DNA of 41,805 bases, taken from Minisyncoccia bacterium. GTDB lineage: Bacteria; Patescibacteriota; Minisyncoccia; UBA6257; 2-01-FULL-56-20. The notes beneath the pieces were generated by a model. That model saw only the letters and a list, made by a program, of their open reading frames with translations, was not told where the DNA came from and did no database searches. The stretch covers positions 1 through 41,805 of the forward strand of contig JBEKBG010000007.1 in assembly GCA_050015515.1 (NCBI GenBank), written 5' to 3'. Below are positions 35,257-41,805 of this stretch, one piece after another (within the stretch, counting starts at the first letter, position 1; the number at the start of each line of letters is the position of its first letter). The translations under genes were made by a program, and so were the position numbers.

Positions 35257-35320
35257 TTGACAGGCTATGGTATGGGTTTATAGTTATTACCAAGTAATAC
35301 TAAGTAATAACCATAAACCC
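35257..35320 (+). promoter_or_regulatory. Toxin-antitoxin promoter with overlapping inverted-repeat operator
   Basis: TTGACA-16nt-TATAGT; 17-bp inverted repeat 35274-35290/35304-35320 with repeated GTAATA. Confidence 0.75.
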
Positions 35321-35635
35321 ATGAGAACCACACAAACAATGACGGTCTCCATTCCCCCGGCGCTTATCCGCCAGTTCGAAGAAGTGCGGAAAAAGGAATC
35401 ACGCACGCGGTCCGAGCTTGTTCGTGAGGCTCTGCGTGCATATTTCGAAAGCCGCTATCCCGAGGTAACGCCAACGAAAGAAGAACTTGCGGCACTGCGA
35501 CGCGGACGAGCTGCCTTCCAGCGCGGCGACGTTATGCCGTTAAAAAAATTCCTCCATGACATGGAATCTGCTGATCACCACGCCAGCGCGAAAAGAACTC
35601 AAAAAAATTCCGCAAAAAGATCGGGGGCGCATTAA
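35321..35635 (+). CDS. Ribbon-helix-helix (CopG family) antitoxin
   Basis: TMTVSIP...RTRSELVREALRAY RHH pattern; upstream of and overlapping the RelE-like gene. Confidence 0.85.
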   Translation: MRTTQTMTVSIPPALIRQFEEVRKKESRTRSELVREALRAYFESRYPEVTPTKEELAALRRGRAAFQRGDVMPLKKFLHDMESADHHASAKRTQKNSAKRSGAH

Positions 35636-35816
35636 CGCTGCGCTCATCACCATACAAAACAACCCTTTTCGTGGGGACCTGAAACGCCTCAAAGGAACAA
35701 CGACTGCCTGGCGTTGCAGAGTGGGCAATTATCGAATCATTTATGATCTTTATTTCAACAACCGCATGATCGTTGTTGGGTCAATCCTCCGGCGAACCTC
35801 AACGACCTACGAATAG
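35556..35816 (+). CDS. RelE/ParE family toxin
   Basis: A.KELKKIP, NPF..DLKRLKG, WRCRVGNYRIIY. Confidence 0.9.
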   Translation: MTWNLLITTPARKELKKIPQKDRGRINAALITIQNNPFRGDLKRLKGTTTAWRCRVGNYRIIYDLYFNNRMIVVGSILRRTSTTYE

Positions 35817-35838
35817 CCCTGAGCGGAAACGGCGGCGT

Positions 35839-36270
35839 CTACTTATTCCCCGTCGTGCCGAATCCCCCGCGATCTTTATTTTTTAATTCTTCCATTTCCT
35901 CCCACTCGAATGAAAGCACAGGAAGAAAAATCGCTTGGGCTATCCGCTCGCCCTTTTCGACAAGAACATCGTGATCGGTAAAATTGTAATATGATCCGCG
36001 TATCTCATCGGCGTTCCCGGAATAATCAGAGTCGACGATTCCAACTCCGTTTGCCTTTATTAATCCCTTTTTCTGAGTAGAACTTCGTGCGGCGAGCAAC
36101 ATAAAATAACCCGGCGGAGTTTCCACGGCAATGTTCAATGGAACATAACCAACCGCGCCGGGCGCGATCGTCACCGCCTCGCGCGCAATCAAGTCGAACG
36201 CCGCTGCGCCTTCGGTCTGGCGCTTGGGCAATGGGAGGTCTTTATCGAATCTTTTTATTTTGATGTTCAT
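35839..36270 (-). CDS. dut: dUTP diphosphatase (trimeric)
   Basis: AAAFDL, RSS, GIVDSDYSG, GERIAQ, RGGFGTTG. Confidence 0.95.
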   Translation of the reverse strand: MNIKIKRFDKDLPLPKRQTEGAAAFDLIAREAVTIAPGAVGYVPLNIAVETPPGYFMLLAARSSTQKKGLIKANGVGIVDSDYSGNADEIRGSYYNFTDHDVLVEKGERIAQAIFLPVLSFEWEEMEELKNKDRGGFGTTGNK

Positions 36271-36286
36271 GATTTTTGTGCGTCAG

Positions 36287-37744
36287 TTATTTTACGTGGT
36301 GCTTCTTCTTTATATCCTCGTCCATCTCCCCTTCCGCTTCGCGCTTCTTCTGCTGCGCGCTTGCGAACAATCCTTGCAGCTCCGCATCGCTCAGCTTGTT
36401 CAATGCCTTCGCGCGCTTCTCCAGATATTTTTTCTCGTTCTTTTCTGGATCGTCGATCACTTCTTCCATGAGCGCATTCAGGATCCACCCCACGCGGCGC
36501 GATTGCGGCAGATCAAGCAGCGGCATGAGGTCATCGCCGCGGAGCGCAAGCATCTTTGGCGAAAGCGGATCGCGCTTGACCTTCTCTATCATAAAGAGCA
36601 AATGGCGCAGGCGGTACGGTACCGCTTTCGCGACGCCGGAGCCGATGCGATCGGCTTCGCGCACTTTGAGCAAGTCGTCGATATTCTCCGGCCCGACACG
36701 CACCACGAGGCGCCGCACGCCCGCAGGCGAAATCACACCGGTTTCATAGTTGAACATATGCATGCGCACAAGGTGCGCCACCTGCTCCGTAAACTCGCGC
36801 GAGAACCGCAAGCGGTCGAGCATCTTCACCGCCATCCGCGCGCCCACATATTCGTGCTGATAAAACGTCGCGTCCGCACCGTCGCCGCCCTTCACCTTCG
36901 GCTTGCCGACGTCGTGAAGTAGCGCCGCCATACGCACCACGAGCGAATAATTTTCGCGCGCGGCGTAATCGAGCGCGCGAACGTTGTGTTCAAAGACGGT
37001 GTACACATGATGCTTGTTTTGTGCAACGCCAATTCCCTCGCGCAGCTCCGGCAAAACATAGCGAAGCAGATCGAGCTCTTCCAATAAGATGATCCCCTTT
37101 GCCGCGTTCGGCGTCATCAAAATTTTCACGAGCTCGTCGCGTACGCGCTCTTTGGCGATCGCCTCCAGGCCACCCGCCAGTTTGACGATCGCGCGGCGCG
37201 TATTCATCTCTATCTCAAAATCCAACTCCACGGAAAAACGCACTGCACGCATCAGACGAAGCGCATCTTCCGAAAACCGCTCTTCCGGCGCGCCGACGGT
37301 GCGCAGCATGCGATCTTTAATATCGCGCGAGCCACCGAACGGGTCGATCACATCGCCCTTCATATCCATCGCAAGCGCGTTCACCGTAAAGTCACGGCGC
37401 GCAAGATCGTCCTCTACATGAGAGGCAAACTTGATCTCGTCCGGATGCCGCTGGTCGGTATACTTGCCCTCGATGCGATACGTAGTGATCTCTATTATTT
37501 TCAAACGCGGATCTTCCGATTCGGTTTTGATCCCCACAGTACCAAAGTTATTTTCATAGACGCTCTCCGGAAAAAGCTTTTGTACCTCCGCCGGCTTCGC
37601 GTCCGTGGCAACGTCCCAATCCTTCGGCTCGCGCGCGAGCAGCATATCCCGCACACAGCCGCCCACGAGGTACGCCTCAAACCCCGCTTCGGCAAGCGTT
37701 CTGGATACCAATACCACCTCTTCGGGGACCCCAGTCTTCTTCAT
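36287..37744 (-). CDS. cca: CCA tRNA nucleotidyltransferase / poly(A) polymerase family with HD domain
   Basis: VGGCVRD, DWDVAT, RRDFTVNA, EDALRLMRAVRF, LLHDVGKP; start set at the second Met, 7 nt after TACAAT. Confidence 0.9.
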   Translation of the reverse strand: MKKTGVPEEVVLVSRTLAEAGFEAYLVGGCVRDMLLAREPKDWDVATDAKPAEVQKLFPESVYENNFGTVGIKTESEDPRLKIIEITTYRIEGKYTDQRHPDEIKFASHVEDDLARRDFTVNALAMDMKGDVIDPFGGSRDIKDRMLRTVGAPEERFSEDALRLMRAVRFSVELDFEIEMNTRRAIVKLAGGLEAIAKERVRDELVKILMTPNAAKGIILLEELDLLRYVLPELREGIGVAQNKHHVYTVFEHNVRALDYAARENYSLVVRMAALLHDVGKPKVKGGDGADATFYQHEYVGARMAVKMLDRLRFSREFTEQVAHLVRMHMFNYETGVISPAGVRRLVVRVGPENIDDLLKVREADRIGSGVAKAVPYRLRHLLFMIEKVKRDPLSPKMLALRGDDLMPLLDLPQSRRVGWILNALMEEVIDDPEKNEKKYLEKRAKALNKLSDAELQGLFASAQQKKREAEGEMDEDIKKKHHVK

Positions 37745-37759
37745 TACCTTCATTGTACC

Positions 37760-38890
37760 TTACCGCACCACCGCGCCGAACTCCTTCGCCGTCTCCTCCT
37801 CTATTTTCTTGTGCAACACATCCACTTCCTCGTTCGTGAGCGTGCGGTCGCTTGAACGGTACGTGATCCGGTATGCATAGCTCTTTTTGTCCGCGCCGAA
37901 CTTTTCGGCATTCTCATACTCGTCGATAAGCTCCACCTGCTCCACGACCTCGCCCGCGATGTCGCGCACGAGGTCAAAATAATTGTTCGGCGCGAACGTC
38001 TTCGGAACAATGAACGAGATGTCGCGCAACACCGGCGGATACTTGCTGACTTCCACAAACTTGGTTCCCATGTGTAACTGCTTCTTTACACGCTCGTCGT
38101 TGGACCACAGCAGACGGATGTCCGGCAACTCCATGCTGATGATGGCAAGCCGCTCCAGGCCGAAGCCGAACGCCCATGCGTTGTATCCCATGACGCCGAA
38201 TTTTTTAAACACGCTTTGCTTCGTCATACCACCGCCCATGATCTCGATCCACTTGCCATTCAACTCCACCTCTATCTGCAACGACGGATCGGTGTACGGG
38301 AACGTGTCATCCAAAAAGCGGAATTTCACATCCGCGCCGAAGAGCGCACGCACGATTTCGGCGAGCGCGTTGCGCAGATCGTCGATCGTGAGCGGATCCG
38401 TGTCCGCAGGCGTCATATACCACCCGCCGAACTGGTGGAAAGTGTTCATGTGATTCCGGTCTATCTCATCCTTGCGATACACCTTGCCGTAGCAAACGAC
38501 GCCTAGCTTCTCGTGGCGCGCGATGCGCTCCTTTACCTCCGGCAGTTGCGTGTAGTAATACCACATCACCGTGTCGTGCGTGCGCAAAATATTCTTGTCG
38601 TCAGCATAATATGTGTCGGATTTGCTCCGCGCCGGATGATCCGCGGCAAAATCGAAGAGGTCAAAGTTGATAGAGGCGGGCACGATTTCCGGGATGATGA
38701 TGTTGTCGAAGCCTTTCAAAACCGGCGTATTGCATGCGCTTTGCACGATCTCATAGAGCGGACTGCCCGGCGTGCGGGAAAGGTCCGGCATGGCGAGATA
38801 GCGCTTGATGCGCGCCGCCTCCGCATCCGTGCGCGCGTCGACCGTCGTCAAAATCTTTTTCTGCTCATCGAGGGAGATCTGGTATTCCAT
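37760..38890 (-). CDS. pheS: Monomeric (mitochondrial-type) phenylalanine--tRNA ligase: alpha catalytic domain plus FDX anticodon-binding domain
   Basis: HPARSKSDTYY, LRTH, GKVYRKDEID..H...FHQ, FPYTDPS, AFGFGLERL, then SKYPPVLRDISF...YRITYRSSDRTLTNEEV. Confidence 0.9.
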   Translation of the reverse strand: MEYQISLDEQKKILTTVDARTDAEAARIKRYLAMPDLSRTPGSPLYEIVQSACNTPVLKGFDNIIIPEIVPASINFDLFDFAADHPARSKSDTYYADDKNILRTHDTVMWYYYTQLPEVKERIARHEKLGVVCYGKVYRKDEIDRNHMNTFHQFGGWYMTPADTDPLTIDDLRNALAEIVRALFGADVKFRFLDDTFPYTDPSLQIEVELNGKWIEIMGGGMTKQSVFKKFGVMGYNAWAFGFGLERLAIISMELPDIRLLWSNDERVKKQLHMGTKFVEVSKYPPVLRDISFIVPKTFAPNNYFDLVRDIAGEVVEQVELIDEYENAEKFGADKKSYAYRITYRSSDRTLTNEEVDVLHKKIEEETAKEFGAVVR

Positions 38891-38917
38891 AGTACGATTG
38901 ATATTATAGTGGGGTTA

Positions 38918-39289
38918 TCAAGAAGGAGTAAACCCTCTCCGTCCAAGACCGTTCCGGTCGAGGAGGGCGCGCGGCACTTTCTGTGCCGCCAACTTGGTGA
39001 ATATCACCCGCGTTTCCGTTACCGCATCGCCTTCGGGAAGGGCAAGCACCGCATCGCGATATGCCTCGAACTCTCCCATCTCTATCGTTCCGTCTTTTAT
39101 TTTTTTCCAGATATCCCAGTCCTCCTCCGTCAGATGCGATGCATCAAATTGGGAGTTCCGCTCATTCGTCCCCGGAACGAAAAAATTGGCGTTGACCGGC
39201 TCCCGGTTCGCAAAATCCGCCATCTCCGTGCGGAACTGGTCTATCGAATATCCACCTTCGACCCCCTTTTTTTCCAACCCTGTTTCCAT
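38918..39289 (-). CDS. Hypothetical protein (123 aa)
   Basis: ORF from METGLEKK with TATGAT 6 nt upstream; protein-like composition. Confidence 0.6.
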   Translation of the reverse strand: METGLEKKGVEGGYSIDQFRTEMADFANREPVNANFFVPGTNERNSQFDASHLTEEDWDIWKKIKDGTIEMGEFEAYRDAVLALPEGDAVTETRVIFTKLAAQKVPRALLDRNGLGRRGFTPS

Positions 39290-39311
39290 GGTCATATCAT
39301 ACCTTATTCTT

Positions 39312-39427
39312 TGTGCCGACGGCAGGGATCGCCCGCGAGTCTCGCGCTCGCCGTCGCTCGCACGAGCTCTGGGCACCGCCTCAGCGATTTTCTCTGGTGA
39401 GAAAATCGCTTCCGGCGTTCGATCCCT
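39312..39427 (-). repeat. Duplicated tRNA 3' end (20 bp) joined to a structured insert
   Basis: tgtgccgacggcagggatcg at 39312-39331 is identical to 39552-39571; agggatcg pairs with cgatccct at 39420-39427; internal 12-bp hairpin 39383-39410. Confidence 0.85.
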
Positions 39428-39439
39428 TCTACAAACAAA

Positions 39440-39552
39440 AGCTTATCCAACATGCCCCGAAAGGGTACTTCGGAGCCGCGCAGGCGGCGAGAACTAAGGC
39501 GCGCGTTCAGTAGAACGCGACGCCGTCCCTTTCGGGGCATGTTGGATAAGCT
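39440..39552. repeat. Fold-back element: perfect 26-bp arms around a branched core (GGGTAC family)
   Basis: 39440-39465 vs 39527-39552, abutting the tRNA 3' end; core starts GGG|TAC then the gccgc/gcggc hairpin. Confidence 0.88.
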
Positions 39553-39553
39553 G

Positions 39554-39625
39554 TGCCGACGGCAGGGATCGAACCTGCGACCTTGGCCTTATGAAAGCCC
39601 TGCTCTACCACTGAGCTACGTCGGC
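39554..39625 (-). tRNA. tRNA with CAT anticodon (elongator Met or Ile2), CCA not encoded
   Basis: gccgacg acceptor with G1-C72, D arm gctc/gagc, loop TT-CAT-AA, T loop TTCGATC. Confidence 0.92.
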
Positions 39626-39638
39626 GCCGACACAAGAA

Positions 39639-39667
39639 ACTATAAGCGAAACGCCGGGGATTTTCAA
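39639..39667 (-). promoter_or_regulatory. Promoter of the tRNA-CAT gene
   Basis: TTGAAA-17nt-TATAGT on the minus strand. Confidence 0.6.
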
Positions 39668-39717
39668 TGGACACTACCTCTCGTCCGTGCTATAAAAGGA
39701 ATAGTTAAGGAGGATAC

Positions 39718-40101
39718 ATGCTTACTCCATGCAACGAAGGCGAACGGCTCGCCGTAGGTCCTTTCGATATGCTTTGCATCATCCAAGAAAGATCCGATTC
39801 GTTTTGCGCGGCGATTCTCGAAGCACGAGATATCCCCGGCTTTCCGCATCCCGACCAACTGCCGACCATCGAACTCGAAATCGGCATGATGTCGACCCCG
39901 AATAGTCTTGCGCATGCACGAGCGTGCGCCGAAGCGTTCGCCGAACGTTACGGATTCGAGGATCGGAGCATCGTCACCGACCGGGCCATTTTGTCAGTTG
40001 ATCGATCCACGCCGATCATCATCAAAAACTGGAATTGTGAAAACAAATCCACCACCGCCCGTTCAGCATTATTCTCGGCCGTGGATTCCATCACTGTATA
40101 G
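39718..40101 (+). CDS. Hypothetical protein (127 aa)
   Basis: AAGGAGG SD 4 nt before the ATG; terminator downstream. Confidence 0.6.
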   Translation: MLTPCNEGERLAVGPFDMLCIIQERSDSFCAAILEARDIPGFPHPDQLPTIELEIGMMSTPNSLAHARACAEAFAERYGFEDRSIVTDRAILSVDRSTPIIIKNWNCENKSTTARSALFSAVDSITV

Positions 40102-40111
40102 AAAAACTCCT

Positions 40112-40146
40112 CATGGGCCTCGCGCAAACGCGATGCCCATTTTTTA
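40112..40146 (+). terminator. Intrinsic terminator
   Basis: atgggcctcgcg-caaa-cgcgatgcccat followed by a T run. Confidence 0.7.
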
Positions 40147-40235
40147 TTGTTGCCGTACTCGGTCTGGGACTTTATAGCGGACAAAAGGAGGCGATAGAAA
40201 GCGACTATTTTAAAAACGCTTTTTTTAATGGTTCA

Positions 40236-40667
40236 TCAGGCCGCACCGCCACCAAGGCTCGCCAAAAATTCATCGGTGCTCGCATAACGATTTTCGCAGA
40301 TATTATATAGGACGATCGAAGGATGTGCGACACGGCCGACGACCACGATCTTCTTGCCCATACCGTATGCGATGCCCGCCTCCGCCAAGGAGGAACGTCC
40401 CGATGGTTCGAGGAGTATGACTACATCGCTCTCCTTCAACGCCTTCATGTCGGACTCAAAAATCTCTTTGGTCGCCGGATTATTTTCCCAGTTCGATATG
40501 GAGTTGGGGAAACTTTCCTCGGACTCCTCAATAGAAGGCCCACCGCCAACGACATTGGCGCCGTTATCGAGAAACGAATATATTGTGTGGCCACGGGTAG
40601 CCAGAGCAACCGACAAGTTTTTCACAATATCAGCGTTTTGCCATGGCGAAGCAATGAAAAATTTCAT
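40236..40667 (-). CDS. Nucleoside 2-deoxyribosyltransferase-like protein
   Basis: KFFIASPW, FESDMKALKESDVVILL, SSLAEAGIAYGMGKKIVVV pattern. Confidence 0.75.
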   Translation of the reverse strand: MKFFIASPWQNADIVKNLSVALATRGHTIYSFLDNGANVVGGGPSIEESEESFPNSISNWENNPATKEIFESDMKALKESDVVILLEPSGRSSLAEAGIAYGMGKKIVVVGRVAHPSIVLYNICENRYASTDEFLASLGGGAA

Positions 40668-40755
40668 GAGATTCTGATATCTATAGTATACCACATACCC
40701 CTCGCCACCGTTCAAAACCGAGGCCTCTCGGTCTTAAAAGATTGCGCCTTGCGTG

Positions 40756-40829
40756 TTGCGGGGGCAAGACTCGGACTTGCTTCGGAAGCTTATGGGGCTT
40801 CCCGGAAAACCTTTCCCAACCCTCCCGCG
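40756..40829 (-). tRNA. Degenerate or atypical initiator-tRNA-like element (CAT anticodon)
   Basis: cgcggg...ccccgca-a acceptor with C1:A72, ggaagc/gcttcc stem around CC-CAT-AA, gcaag/cttgc T stem; invariant positions altered. Confidence 0.6.
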
Positions 40830-40943
40830 CGATGAAATCGCGCCGCGACACGCGCAGCGCAACCAGCCCTTGCATTATATGAATTTTCGGACACGATTGT
40901 CAAAGAAGTTGTCAAAAAAATGGATTAGTGAGATTATCAAAAG

Positions 40944-41385
40944 ATGACGTCCGTACCGGCACCGATCGCACAAAACTTCAAAGGGAAAAAGATCACACTG
41001 ATGGGACTCGGCCTCCTCGGTCGCGGCGTGGGCGATGCGGAATTTTTGGCGGCATACGGCGCGGAGCTTATCGTAACCGATCTCAAAACAGCGCAAGAGC
41101 TTGCACCGTCGATTGAACGACTGAAAAATTTCAACAATATTACCTATCATCTTGGCGGCCACCGGCTTGAAGATTTTGAGGATCGCGATATGGTGATCCG
41201 CGCGCCGAACGCGCCGCTCGACTCGCCGTTCATCGCGCACGCACGGGAGCACGGCATTCCGGTGGAGATGGATGCATCGCTTTTCGCCAAGCTCTCCCCC
41301 GCCACGATCGTGGGCATCACGGGCACGCGTGGGAAATCCACAGTCACCCACCTTATATATGAGATGGGGCGTGCGGCAGGAAAAA
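40944..41385 (+). CDS. murD: UDP-N-acetylmuramoyl-L-alanine--D-glutamate ligase, N-terminal part only
   Basis: KKITLMGLGLLGRG, VTDLK, IVGITGTRGKSTVTHLI; similarity ends abruptly after the P-loop. Confidence 0.85.
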
Positions 41386-41500
41386 ATCCGAGCGTGAAGA
41401 TTACGCGTGTGGGTGCGCGGCCTGATCCATCCAAGGTGCGCGAGTTTGCCGATGATGTGCGCGATGGCAAGTTCATTTTGCCGATTGGCCGGCGAATGCC
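41386..41500 (+). other. Foreign fragment resembling the C-terminus of an NADP-dependent (MDR family) oxidoreductase
   Basis: NPSVKITRVGARPDPSKVREFADDVRDGKFILPIGRRMP is not MurD-like; family assignment is from recall only. Confidence 0.4.
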
Positions 41501-41805
41501 GTCGCTCTGATCGGGCCTGAAGGGTCCGGCAAGACGCATCTGGCGATGATTTGGGCGGCGGCGGCGGGTGCGCGCGTCGTTGCCGCGCGATCGCTCGGCG
41601 AAGCGGAGCTTCCAGCTGCGCTCGTGACCGGAGCGCTGGTCGTCGAGGACGCCGCGGCGGCAGACAACCGCGTGCTGTTCCATCTCATCAATCTCGCTCG
41701 CGAGGAAGAGGCCGCGCTGCTGCTCACCGCGACGACGGCGCCGGTAACCTAGCCGGCCGCCATCCCCGACCTCGCCTCGCGGCTGCGCGCCTTGCCGGTG
41801 GCGAC
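41501..41805 (+). other. Fragment of an alphaproteobacterial-like HdaA/DnaA-family ATPase gene with an in-frame TAG
   Basis: VALIGPEGSGKTHLAMIW...LVVED...LFHLINLARE...T*PAAIPDLASRLRALP; visibly higher GC than the rest of the window. Confidence 0.75.

Noticed and set aside
40944-41510. 188-aa MurD with a novel C-terminus as a real fusion protein
   Set aside because: It lacks most of the MurD central and C-terminal domains and sits next to a second foreign fragment; a chimera is more likely.

Overview
This 41.8 kb window looks like core chromosome of a Patescibacteria (CPR, Parcubacteria-like) bacterium. That placement is inferred from the DUF4012 protein, the orphan rplK, the intron-laden 23S unlinked from 16S, and the scattered operons. 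Housekeeping genes: lepA, ftsB-like, ftsQ, serS, thrS, miaA, gatB, cmk, rplK, ssb, rpsF, a single fused rpoB-rpoC ORF, mltG, rodA, dut, a CCA-adding enzyme, a monomeric mitochondrial-type PheRS and a truncated murD. RNA genes: a 23S-5S unit with three group I introns (L1917 carrying a LAGLIDADG endonuclease, L1931, L2593), tRNA-Pro(CGG), tRNA-CAT and a degenerate fMet-like tRNA. There is also an RHH/RelE toxin-antitoxin pair. The main unexplained signal is a set of about ten long intergenic fold-back elements. Their 25-37 bp arms are unique to each locus and sometimes copy the end of the neighbouring gene, but they enclose cores shared between loci in three families: a G(A/C)AGATTAA loop, a 31-nt core with a compensatory base pair, and a GG(G)TAC branched core. 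Most core genes have a -10 box 6-10 nt before the ATG (leaderless-like), while small accessory genes carry strong Shine-Dalgarno sites. The last ~420 bp look chimeric, with foreign oxidoreductase-like and alphaproteobacterial HdaA-like fragments.
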